From: Ptychomitrium polyphyllum
Lineage: Eukaryota
Assembly: GCA_973851085.1 (NCBI GenBank)
Contig: OZ316775.1
Coordinates: forward strand, 17,670,001-17,734,000
Length of the DNA: 64,000 nt
Reading direction: 5' to 3'
Position 1 is the stretch's first letter. Each line of letters starts with the position of its first letter. The position numbers and the translations under genes were made by a program. Of the stretch, positions 25,233 through 38,944 are shown piece after piece. Below the pieces are notes generated by a model. It had not been told where the DNA came from and searched no databases. It was given only the letters and a program-made list of their open reading frames with translations.

Positions 25233-26299
25233 TGTCGCAACCCTTATAATGCATCTTAGCCAGCGTCACGCGCGTCAACTTTGTACACCTCCACATGCAC
25301 ATGGTTAACCCCCATTCTCACTTTCCAAGTCTCTTTACCATTTCTCTTAAGACACCCAATTGTTTGGTAGCCAATGATTAGGTGCGGACTTGCATTCATG
25401 TCCAAGGCCTCACTTGGCGTTACTCCCATTGCCATCATGGTGCCGGCGTAAAGACACCACCCCAACTTAGTGATAACAAGCGTACCTTTTTGAACATGCT
25501 AGTTCCCTCCGTGAAACCGGCCGTCCACCAGCTCACAATGGTGTGAGAGTCCCCGTGGTGAAGCTCCAACACTAGCTCCACCAACCGGGACTCACCCTTG
25601 GTTTCTATCGAGACACTAGGGGAGTGGGAAGGGGGACCAGCCCTTCTTTATGTACTCTCTGTGGGATTCGACAGGCTTCCTGGCCCTTTGTAGCTGGCTG
25701 AACTCCGACACACTTAAAGTTTTGGAAGACCACCCAATCTCCCTTGGGACTTAGCCGCTAGAAGCCTCCGGAATTCCCAGCGGACCTTCAGGGAGCCATA
25801 TCTTCCTCATTCGGTGCCCGAATGTATTGAACGACAACTCTATCGCCATTTGCTCTTTGAGTAGATGCCGATAGACTCTTCAAACGTCCGATTTGAGTTA
25901 GTATTGTGGGAGATACGCCTCTCCCAAGGTTTGGGACTCCCGAGGAGTCCCTTCCTGGACTGTCCCAATCCAGTATAGTCACTGTGTAGGGCTGCCACAG
26001 TCCGGAACAGCCCCTTGGCAACTCCAACTTTGAGATGCCATAACTTTTAGCTCCCTTGTCCGATTTGGGCAATCTTTAGCATTCTAGAATCAGCTCTTCG
26101 TGATTCCTCCAATGCCCGCGATTTATCCCTCGTGGCCTTCAGTCTACATGGGCAAGGATGTTTCTCTCCTTAGGAGACCTTTTCACGCTAGGCCCACTCG
26201 GTTCCGCTCACTATCGGCGCCACAAGTCCCGGACGTCACTCCGGGGTCCCCCTTGTGCCCTTAGTGTTGCGGGCACTCCTCAAGGAGAGGTGCACGACA
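25233..26299. mobile_element. Solo LTR (second family) with 5-bp TSD CCAAG
   Basis: TGTCGCAA...CACGACA termini, ccaag at 25228-25232 and 26300-26304. About 79 bp internal deletion relative to 47440-48585. Confidence 0.92.
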
Positions 26300-26471
26300 C
26301 CAAGTATGCATCCAATGCACACCTCCTTCGCATACCCCAACATGTGCATCTCTAGTTGGTGCTTGTATCCAATCTAAACCGCTTGCACAACAAGTTATAT
26401 AGGCAAGGTAAATTGTAATTCACCTTGTTACTAGTCAAACCTTTGTCAATCGGTATTGGACAGACATGGAG

Positions 26472-26571
26472 CTTATCAAGAAGATGAGTACACTACACTA
26501 GACAATCTTGTTTATAGATATCTTATCAAGAAGATGAGTACACGACACTAGACAACCTTGTTTATAGATAT
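26472..26571. repeat. 50-bp tandem duplication
   Basis: cttatcaagaagatgagtacac(t/g)acactagacaa(t/c)cttgtttatagatat occurs twice, with 2 mismatches. Confidence 0.9.
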
Positions 26572-27172
26572 CCTAAGGTCTTAAAAGTTTTATTTCACTT
26601 GGAAAGGTCACCTGATCTGAGACCCCCAACTTCCAAAGATTTGCGGGAGCTACATTGTGTACATTCTAACTTCAATAGCCCTGCTGGTACACTCTGCCAA
26701 GTTGAAACTCCAAGTGGAGTATTCAACCACGGAAGTTAGTGATACAAGCTTGAACTTGAAATACAATCTGTGAAATAAATAGCTGAAATCTTGATCAAGC
26801 CAATGGAGATACCCTAAGAGTACTAACTTTCCACTGAATAATGGACGACCTGTGGTATCATACAGATATGCTTGCAGCCCTTAATTCCTTACCATGCCAT
26901 GTCAGTTCCAAGTCACCAGGGCAGGTAGACAGAAATAAAGCCATAGGGGAACAGCACAGCAGGTGCCAGGGATGTTGGGAATATAATGTCCTTTCGCGAC
27001 AGGTGCTGGTTGTTGCTCTTTTAAAGGAAACCAGTGACTGGGTGCGAGGAATTTTGCACCGCTCTATGCTGCTCTGCACTACATATTGCGCAAAGGACGG
27101 CAGTCCCAAGTCATTAACTGCACATAACCTCCCCGCATACTTTGCGATTTTAAAAGAAATTAGTAACAATAT

Positions 27173-27574
27173 GAATCTACGAATTCATGCATATCAAATT
27201 CGTAGACTCTCTTTGACATGCATGAATTCGTAGATTCTTTTGAAAGTATGGTTAACAATTTAAATCTCCGAATTTGAAAGTGTGGTTTACAAAACTCAAG
27301 CAGAATAAATTCTTTCAAGTCTTAATGGATAATACTAATAGCTTATTAAAAATGATTCATAAGCAACTAGCCACTTATGTTATAGTACATAAATAAGTCT
27401 TTCCTTTGAATAAGTTATAAGTCCAAAGTGTGGATTCTACAATGCCTCAGGAATTTAATTAGTATTATACATTCCTATTCCCATAATTTTTATGTATTAG
27501 ATTATTCGATAGAATCAAAAAATTGGATTTTTTTTATAGAAAATGTCAGAATCTACAAATTCATGCATGTCAAA
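27173..27574. repeat. Three copies of a 26-bp motif forming inverted repeats (MITE-like)
   Basis: gaatctacgaattcatgcat(a/g)tcaaa at 27173-27198 (+), 27212-27237 (-) and 27549-27574 (+). Confidence 0.75.
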
Positions 27575-30500
27575 TTTCCATTTTGCGAAGAATTTATTGT
27601 GCTTGAGTTTTGGTGTTAATTGCATCCATCTTTGTAGGGTAAAGATGTAAGCGAAAAAAGAGAATCAAAATTCTGGTCTTACAATATTTCTATATGAATG
27701 AAGGGCTTATTCCTATTACACCCCGTACTTAGAACCATTGGACTTAGATATAGTACCAAAGAATAAGAGTCCCCACTATCTAGAAGATAAATTCCGTATT
27801 ACATTAAAATTTAATAAGGGAAAAAAGTGTAAAAAACAAGGTAAAGGAATGCAATAATAAAAATGAATATGTTTTTATTCTTATGTTATGTAGGTGAAGA
27901 TATTAAAAGATGATAGAAATAGATTCTTACAAGATACATGCTTCTTTGTTGCAAAATTACTAAATTATATTGTTGAAAAATTGTTTCTATTAAACAAGAT
28001 TTTTTTCAAAACAATCTAATTTGTAGTGCAAAATGTGAATTTTGTAATAATAAAAGAAATTTTTTGTTACTCCTATGGACTTCAATATTTTCAAAATTTT
28101 GCATATATTTGCAAAATTATGTATGTAAATTTATCCATCTTCCTGAAGGAATATGAAAAAGTTCATACATTGCTAATTATTCTAATATCCAACTTGATTA
28201 TAAGGCACAGTGAATATTGCTCTATCTCAACCATGTAATTTGCTTGAGGTTTTGAATTTAAAACTCCAACCAAGAATCATTACAAATGCCTAGTGTTGTT
28301 CTTCATGTTTTCGAAAGCAAGAAACAATTAAATTTTTTATTTTTATTTTCTATAATAATTTATAAAATCACCTTAACTAAAACTGTGCAATTACATCACA
28401 AAAATTAGAGTTTAAAGATATGAGCTCTTCATATCCTCAGTTACATACTTATACTTGGCACAAACCTACCTTATTTTTTATGAGGTACAAATTTACTTCA
28501 GAAGTTAGGTAGTGTCTTAATTAAAGGATTTAATCTTAAATTATTATTTGACATTGCAATATTACTTCTGTCTGAAATTTTAATACTTTGAATAATACAT
28601 CAATAATAAAATTTTATTCTCAATAGACATTTCTTTGTCCAGAAGCAAATTTTATTAATAAAAATAATAAATGTTTATCTATGTAATGATTCAAATATGC
28701 CATTTTCAATAGTTAGATACAAATTATGTATCCCATAATATATTTCATAATATTTCATAATATGTTTCGAAGAATGCATTAAACAGTCTCATTAAAAGTG
28801 TTTTTTGAAGATATAGTTTAATTTCTAAACTTGTTCAATTAGAAATTGAGTCCATGTATATTTTTATATTATCAATCTTACTATCTAATTCCATGTGCCT
28901 ACTATCATACAATAAGGAATCCAGTGTAATCTATGTAAAGTGGATTCTACTTTTTTTTCCAAGGACAAGGACAAAATCTTTAAAATATAGTATACCTGTA
29001 ATAATATTTAAATTTGTGAATCTATTTCTTACAAATGATATGAATAGAACGCTTATGACATTCACTTTTATTTCAAAAATATAAAGCTATGTTTTGATTT
29101 CATTTACAAAAATAAGATTATATATATCAATGAAGGACTCACTTCCATAATCATATGGATTAGAATTTGGGAAAAAAAGGGAAGGAGCAAAGTGAAAGGT
29201 ATATAGATATGAAGGAGAAGGAAAAGAAGAAAGAGAAAAATAGAAAGAGTGCATGAAGTATTGAAAATTAATACAATGTAGCTATTGTAAGGTTTACAAT
29301 ACATACACAATTTCATCCACATGCATTCAATAAAGTTGAATAATAAATAAAATAGAGCAAGATCTACATAACTTCAATATTATATAGCTAAAGATTCTTC
29401 ACTCAAATTAATTATGTATTTAATTGAATCACACAAAAATCACACAAATAAGAGAAATATACACCTCAAAAGCTTTTCTTATGTGTTTCTACAAAGACTA
29501 TCTTTAAATGTAAATTTTGAAATAAAACACATGGAATCTTCTATTTCAATTAATAAAAGACATACAATCTTTATAACATTCCTAATAGAATACCTATATT
29601 CAATCATTAGATATTGTAGTCTTTTAAAAATTATCATCTAATAGTAAATTATAAAGATAGAAATATAGTAATTAAAGAATAGGGATAAAAGGTTAGGAAT
29701 AGAAAGATAGGAATAGAAAGTCAAGAATAATTTTTTTAATATGGTAATGGACAAGGAAAAGAAAGGAAGCTAGATGAAAAAAATAATATTGAATAAGAAA
29801 AGGAAGTTGCACAAATGGCTAATGCTTTGAAAGAATAGAAGGATGAGAAAAGAGAAAGTGATGAAGAGTTACAACTTATAAGTAAGTGTTTTGCAAAAGC
29901 GTTTGGCAGAGATGAAAGTCATACATGGATTGGATGAAGTGATGGAAGATAGAGCATATTGAAATACAACAAATAGAAGCTATTTAAAGCTTATAATACA
30001 TACAATAATACATCCATGCAAAAATTCATCATCATGCAATTAATAATATTGAAGAAAATATAAATACAATAACATAGGGAATAAAGAACCTCAATGGAAT
30101 GTAAACCAATGCTCTCTTTCTAATCAATTTATTTCTTCTTGTATCACACAAATACTTATACAAGTGAGAAAGTGATAACAACTTCTCTAAGCTTCTCTTA
30201 TATACATTTATAAAGACATTCTTAATTTAGAATTTTTAAAATAAAGTCTTAAGCTATCTAATAGTATTTTTATCTTTTTCTATTTTAAAAGACATGCAAT
30301 CTTCTTAAAATAAAAGACATGCAATCTTTCAATATTTTTCTATTTTAGAAGTTATACAACCTTCCTGAAATAATAGACATGTATTATTCCTAATATCTAA
30401 TATTATCTATTATATACTTATTGTATTAGATAATTATCATTCAACAGTTGATGACGTCCATTTGTACTTTTAGTAGAGCAGTAGTACTCACTTTGAAAGT

Positions 30501-30944
30501 CACAAATAATCTTGTAAGTGGTGATATTGATGATAAAACAGATGTAATGGATATTTTGGAATTGGTTCAACAAATAGTTGAATAAAAAGCTCACAAGGCT
30601 GGCAAGAAGGTTGCACAAAAATGTGAGGCCAAATGTCAATAATGATATAATGGGCAACAAAACAATCATCAAAAAATCATTTTACCTTCAAGTGTTTTAA
30701 CTTAAATTGTATTTTATATATAATATAGTATAAAAATGAATGTGTCATATTTCATATTTAATATGATATCATTTTGACATCAAAATGGTACCAAAATAAT
30801 ATCAATATAAAATAAAATCATATGACTAAAAATGGCATTAAAATGAAAAAAAAATTCAATTTAACTTATTATGGATTTTTTTTAAACTAATGAAGAATTT
30901 TGGTTTTATTGATTGTTAGCTAGTCTTTCTCCTAGTATGCAATG

Positions 30945-31087
30945 TTTTGAAGGTCCTTTATTCACTCAAATCTTGTTCAAATCAAACATATGAGGTATTT
31001 TTTGACATCTACAAAAAATACAAATGTCAAAAAATACTTCATATATCCAATTTAGACAAGATTTGAATGAATAAAAGACCTTCAAAA
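30945..31087. repeat. Imperfect 64-bp-arm hairpin (foldback/MITE-like)
   Basis: ttttgaaggtc...gtattttttgacat pairs with atgtcaaaaaatac...gaccttcaaaa around a 15-nt loop. Confidence 0.85.
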
Positions 31088-34028
31088 GGTTTTTGATGGA
31101 ATATTTAGGTAGCTATTAGCATATCACTAACATTATTTGTGGATTTTTATCAATCCATAATTAGCTAAATTTGTGTTATGGATTTTAATTCTACTAAAAT
31201 AATATCAATGAATTTTGAATAAAAATAATGTCAAAATAAAATTGAAATGGCATAAGCTAAAATAACATCAAAATGACAATATGTATGATTTTGTTATTAA
31301 TTTTAAGCCATTTTTATATCATTTTGATAATATTCTAATTTAAAATCCATTTGTTAAGGAATCAATTACTAATTAACACCTTGAATCAATAATTTCCTTA
31401 AATTTAGTGCTTAATAATCAACAACTTAGTAATTAGCAATGGTTAGGATTAAAGTTTAGGTGCACAACGGTAATTAGTTGAAACTAGTAGTATAAAACAT
31501 GAGCCATTTTGAAAGTAGCAAGCAATTTTTTTCTTATATAGTTTTCTTTGCCTAAGTTATTATTTTAGTTGAATATATTGTTTTTAAAGTAACAAAACTT
31601 TCCACATTAATTTCTTTACAATTTCTTTGCTTTATCAATTGTTGTTAAATGTAAACTAGTATTTGCTCAATTTTGTGAGTTATTTTAGAAATTTATTAAG
31701 CCTACAATTTGGTTCTATGATTTAATTAGATAAAGGACTTTATGATTAGCCACTAGAAATACATTAATCGATTGACAAGAAAATCTTTAAAAACATATAT
31801 TTGCCTTTAATACCATCCATATCATTTTTGATACCATTTAACTTAAACCATTTTGATGTCAAATTAACATCAAAACAATAAGTTATACACTATAGTTATT
31901 TTGACACATATTGGGCATTATTGTTATTTGAATAATGCCCAACTATTTGTTGGATCCATAATTAATTAATAATTAGTCAATTAGTAATTATACAATATAT
32001 TAGTTCTTAATATTAATTCAAACACAATTCTTTATAAGAAAGTTATAGCATGAGCTATAAGTACATACCTATAGGTACTTATAACATGAGCTATAAGTAC
32101 ATGAGCTATAACATTGTAATACTATTATTGTTATATAAATATTTAAAAAAAATCACACTATTGTAATGGATGGTCCAAAATTCATTAAAAAGTACAAATT
32201 TAGTGAAATGAAGGCAGCAGTTAGTCACGCTCAAAGAAAGCAGTATGAGAATATTGTTACTAAGCAGTTTCTAAGATTTTGAAGGAAGAAAGTGGAGCCA
32301 TAGCCATGGACGTTGATGAGACTAAAAAAAGCATTGTTGGTGCAAGAGAGGTGGAAATTTTACAAAAGTCGTTGGATAGGGCACAACAAGCTGCCTGGAA
32401 GAAACGGGCTGAAAATGCTTCTGGTCTCTACAAGCATTTGCTGCACGTTTACCAGCAGCTGCAAAACAAGAATTTCTATAAGCCTAAGGTGATGGCGATG
32501 CTGAGGAAGGAATGCTCAGTTTCAGTGATGCTGGCGATGTCTACAGTTGGACGAAGGTCTAATTCTTAGGCCTGCGCCCCAGAACGTGTTTCACGAAGAG
32601 GAGAAGAGAAGTAGGAAGAAAAGCTAGATGAAGAGGCACCAGGGACTGCAGCAGTTAGACGGGATGGACAGAAGTTGGCACTGTAGATATGACAAGTAAT
32701 ATCACGGAAACTCCAGAGACATCGGAAGAGGAATCTGTCGATGAAGTGAAAGAAGTGGCAATGGAGAAGGGTCTGTCTGAGGTTCTGCAGTTAATACTGA
32801 AAGTACAAGGATTCTTGAAGAAAACAGTTGATAGGGCAGTATAAACATGGATAGGGAAACGAGCAAACTGGTTGGGAATATCGACGAGTTGAACGAAGCT
32901 GTCGGTCAACGAGACGTTATTCCTAGATCGTACTGATGAATTCTGTCAAACGATGACATTCATGGAAGCATTCCGGAGGCTCTCTCACAAGTTCATGGGA
33001 AGGGACCTGGAAAAATGACGAGAAGAGGCGAAAATTATTACAGCAGGAGCTTAAGTTAAAACATGAATGCGGGCGATGCCCCGCTCATGGTTATGGAGAA
33101 GATTTGCAGAGTTCAGACCAAGGTCCATGCTCCTTATCTCGTCATCAGTGACAACATCAAACCTGGGCAAACAAAGTGACCCAAGAAGCTGCTTTACTAC
33201 TTTGGAGAAGGAGCTCATGGCAGCATAACATCACTGTAAGCGCCGAAAGAATAGCCGCCGCAGTAATTCTCTTAGGCACAAAGGAGAGAGGAGGAATAGC
33301 AGTGTGCATTGTTTGCCAACAAGTTCAACGCTACAACCGGATCATCATCCCTTTCTTGAAGAAGATTATTTGAATCGAACTCAACTAACTTCGAACGCTT
33401 GTGGACCAATTAATTTGATTCATGCGTGGTCCCAATGACGTTAGAGCGGGTTGAGAATAGTAGATCCGCAACATATGATCTGACGTACGTGTGACTGTCT
33501 CTCCTGCACTTCCGCGAATACGTCGCCGCTCTTCATAATGGTCAACGTGAAATGTGTGCTCTGCTCCTGCATGAAGTTAAGACACTAAAATGTAACCAAG
33601 CCTATAATTGTAATGCCTGACACAATCTGTCGTCGACCTGCATGAAATCAACTACAACTATGACAAACGTCGCTGACTACTTCAAATTCGCCCCATGTTA
33701 GAAGTGAACAAACGCCTTGATGTTTGATCTTTAAAAAACCTTGAACTTAAAAGCTGTATGTGGTAATTGAGCAATTGTTGCTACTTGTAATCCTACTTCC
33801 TGTAGCAGCAAAAGGATAATTTGCTGCAATCAGGCGACTTGAAGCTCCACGCGAGTGCAAGCTGTCCTACAGAATACGCAGCTCCTCTGACAAACTAAGA
33901 GTAATTTCTGCTTCATTGAACCCCAGTTCATTCTTAAGATTCATATATTATAACCAAACGTTTGAATCAACACCACCACCTGCACAAAGTTGCATCTCGC
34001 TCTGGATTGTACCAGGTAAATAATTTAC

Positions 34029-35135
34029 TCATGGAACAGCAACCCATCGTAGCTCACATATTACAACATTATCAAGCTCTGCCTTAGAGGATCTCAATTC
34101 CTCACCGATTGAAAGGCGACGCCAACTATTCGCAGACAAGTCGTAAAGTCTATTAAATGGTACTGAAGATCATCGTTAGTAGTATTCTCCGCAAACAAAA
34201 AAGAGTCCCACAACCAGCAGAAGAGTATACAACATAATCGGATGTTGATAAGGCTCAAGTTGGCCAGACTGCTTTGCCATGTGTACTATGAAACTTATTA
34301 TGCCTCATGGAGCACAATATGGAACACAAGTAAACGCTCTTTCAGCACCGCGTACCAGACTCCCGCCTTGATTTCTTGGAAAGGGAGGCAATTGTCAAAC
34401 ATGTGCATCGTTTCTATTGTGCAATTGAAATTACGTGGATAATTCATCGGAGAAAAATGCATTTAGGCATGACCTCTGTAAACTAGACCTGACTTCTTCC
34501 CGCTCTATACACCTGTTTTAAAATTGTAGTAGTGTGCTTCATGGGCTTCTTCCAACGCTTCACTTAACACCAGGATCATCTTGTAACGTGTTAAAATCTT
34601 CTTCCATCACAACATGCACTATGATAGCTCATAATCTGCGTGGACGTACGGCAGGCAAGGCAAATCTATCCACTCAACTGTTAAAGGATCGCCGACAAGA
34701 ATTGGACGAGACAACAAACTAATTGAGGAACTAAGCAAACTAGCCCTCCATCACATGCGTACACTGATCATAATACTTCTGGCGCAGGTCATCTGTCAAT
34801 GTGTAATTCCTGAATTCACGCTTGATCCACTTGTTCGATTTGGTGTCGTACACTGTATTCCAAACTCCCTCATCGGCATTATCCAGCCTCACAAACCTCA
34901 AGAGCTTTGGATAGCTTTCAGAGCTAACTCCTCTGAAATCCGACGAACTTGACATTGTGGACCAAGCCGCAGATTGCACACAAAGGTCAAATTTTTTGGA
35001 TAAAGGTAGTCTTGCAAATACAAGCTGTACCAACTCCTGTGGTAATTTGCTCCACGAATATGCGTTCATCAATTCTGGGTGAAGTTTACACGAATGCCTG
35101 CTTATAACTGCTCTTTTCATTCTCCTTGAATCCAT
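34029..35135 (-). pseudogene. F-box protein, probably a pseudogene
   Basis: F-box motif WSKLPQELVQLVFARLPL...W. The downstream plant F-box-associated blocks (GLVC, ILVGDPLTVEWIDLP, YDLSANSWRRL, CELRWVAVP*) lie in different frames separated by stops. Confidence 0.75.
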
Positions 35136-36629
35136 GCCGGAGGGGCACACTATATCTGTTCTAGGTCCTGAGGGTACTGTCCCTACTAGACCAGACTGTT
35201 GCTTCGTAAATGTAGTGTCCTGTATGAATTGCAGGTACAACCTTTAACTCAGTACTCAATCCCAACGTCAATCGCTACAACGCTGGCTTCTCTACATGTC
35301 CTGCTTCATTCCTAAGAGAATCAGGTTGCCAAAAATCTGCAAGATACACTCTAGCATCCATCATCCAGATGGTTCCAGGACGGATCAATCGAGAATTTGT
35401 TCCCAAAATAGGTTTTTCACATATTGATCTGCGTACTCATATGTAAAACGAACAGTAATACGGTATGTTGAGAGTCTTGCGAAACTTTGAATGCTCGTTA
35501 CGCGGATTCAGTCTTCTCGTGCAGGTGAAGTAGAAATCTCTTTTCTGACATTTTCACGAACCAAGTTTAAATTGCAAGAGTTTTAAGTTGCATTTTATGA
35601 GGTGTTGCCCTTGCGATGCAAAACATGTCGTTCCTAATAAGTCTAACGTTGTAACCAACATATGAAAGCATAATTTGAGAAGAGCGGGTGCTAACAATCA
35701 ACATGGTAAGGAGGATTCGCACCTCCTTACCATGCGTCCAACCAGAGTGCAGTTGTAAAGTGGAGGATTCTTAAACTTCCAAGGTGTTTTCTACTAGTTA
35801 TCTCATCAAAAAACTGAGAATATTCCTAGAATATTCTAAAAACATACATGCCCACGGAGTAGATGATTGATTGCCATTTGAACTATTGAATGCAACTTTC
35901 AAAGTGCTTACAAAAATTCATGTGAATTGCGTTATAAACTTAGACATGCCTACTTAAGCTGTGTCAATCCAGAGGAATGTATTAGAATATTTCGCCGATC
36001 CCAGGATCCAAATGGCAGTGATCTCGGATACTCGGTGGTGTAGGATTGAGATGGAGATGCAGAGTGGCTTTGCAATGGAATTTTTCTTTTCATGTGCTCA
36101 AAGAAGAGAAAACAGGACAGGTTTATGATCTATCTTTAAGCGTGCAATTGGCTAGAGGCATAGCTCGCGCTCCAAAGTGCGCAGGGAAAATAAATCATAA
36201 AAAAATACCTTAATGACTTAAACGGATTTTTGTAGTTATGATTTACAGTGCACCGCGTCAGTTACCAGGTAAGTTAATCCTGGCATTAAGAGTTGAGCTG
36301 GGTCGACCTCGTTCTACTCCAACTCGGTATACTTTCCAAGTCGAAGAAGGCGACGATTTTGTACAATCATGGAGCTGCTCACCCTGAAGTGACATTAACG
36401 AACAAGGCCCTTACTCGAACATTCACAACACTCTAGTGGATCTCTAACGACCGGAGCACAGAAGTAGCTAGCAGTGAAGCTACCATAGTTTGACATTCCA
36501 GCTCAATGACTCAAACCTGTACTGTAATTGTGAGAAGTTGCAGCTGTGGGTGGCATTGGCATCTGCTCAAACAGATAGGAATATCTGAGCTGAATCCAGG
36601 GTTAGGGTAAAAGCTGATGAACTTACACG

Positions 36630-37858
36630 ATGAAGAAACTTCACGTTGGGATGGGATGTCTGGTTCTGCTATTGATGATGCTGCACGCAGTGGAAGCAGC
36701 TGTTGTGGTGTACAACTGGGACGTGGACTACATGTTGAGTGGTCTTGATTGTGTGAAGAAGTTGCATCTCGCTGTCAGTGGGCAATACCCATCGCCTACC
36801 GTTCATGCAGTCGAAGGTGACACTATTGTGGTGAAGATCACCAACCACATCCCTACCGAGGGCGTTGTCTTCTATTGGCATGGCACGCATCAGGTGTGAA
36901 TTCGAACTTGGCTCGAATCAGCTGCAGTAGAGCTCACATTGACCAAGCGTTCAAATTCTCTGTTGTGCACCATATTGACGTCAACATGTGCAAGTTAGGT
37001 CAGTAATACTTTTACAGATCTATGAACTTTAGGAATCACATCGCATGCTAACTTCTATGAAGTTTTGTTCGCAGAGAGGACCACCCTTTATCACGGTGCC
37101 GCTTATGTGTCACAGTGCCCAATCAACCCTGGAGAGACCTTTACCTACGAGTTTAAAGTTGACAGGGTGAGCACATCGACAAGTCAGTTGTGATGTTCTG
37201 TTTCCTCTTCCTCTCTACACGAATTTTTGCAGGTCTTGCAGTTGGGAGATGTTATCCATTTATTTGAGCCCCACAAATGAGCCCAAAATGCAGTACGTAT
37301 TGATCAGTGGGCATGTCAGTTTGCAAGTTCAACGCCCGTCATCGCAGCGTTGAAGTACAACATCAAGGGCGTCATTGATTCCATCCCACCTTCGGACTAC
37401 CCCGTTCCAAATTATAACGTGTTCGTGCCCGCCTAAACCTTCTCTGAGCGCCAACTATGGCAGCCCGCTGTATGTCTTCAGAAAGGGCAACGTCGTGGAC
37501 GTGATTGTCCAAAATGTCAAGACCTTGGCGCCCAACAACAGCGAGATTCATTGCTGGCATCGCCATGGCCATGACTTCTGGGTGCTCGGCTATGGCAAGG
37601 GATTGCACAGTCCTGAGAAAAACCCTGCGACCTTCAATCTGGTGGATCCCCCGGTGCGCAACACAGCTGCTGTGTTTCCCTGCGGCTGGGTTGCGCTCCG
37701 GTTTTGTGGCTGACAATCCCGGGGCATGGCTGTTCCATTGCCACACTGAGCCGCACTTCCACGTGGGCACGGGTACTGTCTTCGCCGACGGGATCCACAT
37801 CCTTCCCACGTTGCCGGCTCAAACCTTGGGCTACGGACTTAACAAGCGTCATCTGTAG
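36630..37858 (+). pseudogene. L-ascorbate oxidase-like multicopper oxidase pseudogene with large internal deletion
   Basis: Signal peptide plus cupredoxin domain 1 start (exon 36630-36893; exon 37075-37166 [15 protein letters not shown], frameshifted). It then jumps to domain 3 ([30 protein letters not shown]) with a frameshift near 37705. HWH is altered to YWH and domain 2 is absent. Confidence 0.88.
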
Positions 37859-38944
37859 AGTGAATGCTTGTCGCAACAGCAGGATGTTAATGTCATTCAG
37901 ATTTATCTGTGGTTCGAGTATCGTAATATGAACAACTTTCTTGCTTCTACCTTTCCCTTAGGTGGGAGGTATGCGCTAGAATTTGATTTTTAGTTGTGGA
38001 AAAGTTCTATCGACTTACTGACGTAAAGTGCAGAAGCGGGATGCTTCAAGAGTCTACGCTGTAATTGTTCGTGTCCGAAAGATACGACATTGATGTAACG
38101 TTCTTTAAGAATTCCTATGATTTTTCTCTACTTCGAAAGTGTACCTAGTTGCAGCAACATATTATCATTATCTAGATCCTGCTGGGTTAACAGTGGACAC
38201 CGAAGGAGGGAGACGAGAAATAGCAAAAACAAATAGTGGGAAAAGCCAACACAAACTCGGTAACTCTGTTAAGCAGCAATTGTTATGCTTAACAGCTGTA
38301 TCCGACACAAATTCAACAGATCAGTGTCATTCTTGTATCAGCAAACAACTGTACCTAGTGATAACAAGCGATATAGCGGACATGCAATAAATCGCACTGC
38401 TAAGCCGACAAAGACTATCGACAAATTTCCACAAATGCTCCAAGATCGAACACTTTCAAAGTATGAAATACACCAATTTATACGCGTTTGGACTAATCTA
38501 ACAATATCTTCCATCACACATGCATGGATGCCTAGAATGCACATAAGAGTTCCTGAACTAATGGACATGATCAACTTGCAGACAGCGCCAAAGGTTTCCT
38601 CAAGTCATCACAATCAACTCTAGCATCAAAAAATTCAGATAAACTTCGTCATTGTCAGTGAGTAGCTACAGAAATGTGCTTAGATGATTGTACTCCCGCA
38701 GGACTTAGGATTCGCTCACACTGTACAGGCCCTATTTACACCAACTAGTTTGTGCAGCAGCGCTTAACCTGGTCGCTGGAAGCATGAGCATTGCTAGAAG
38801 TCGATCACCGTGCTAAAGTGAGAAGAGATGTAGTTAGAAATAGTATTCGAAGTGACATTAATCGCAGGAAGTTTCAAGAACCTAGAAAAGTACAGAGAAG
38901 GCATTGCCGTGAGAATTTGAATTCGGCTTTAGAAGTTTGATTCC

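Noticed and set aside
29150..30400. Degenerate ~700-bp tandem similarity (29280-29560 vs 29980-30300)
   Set aside because: Too decayed and AT-rich to define ends or identity.
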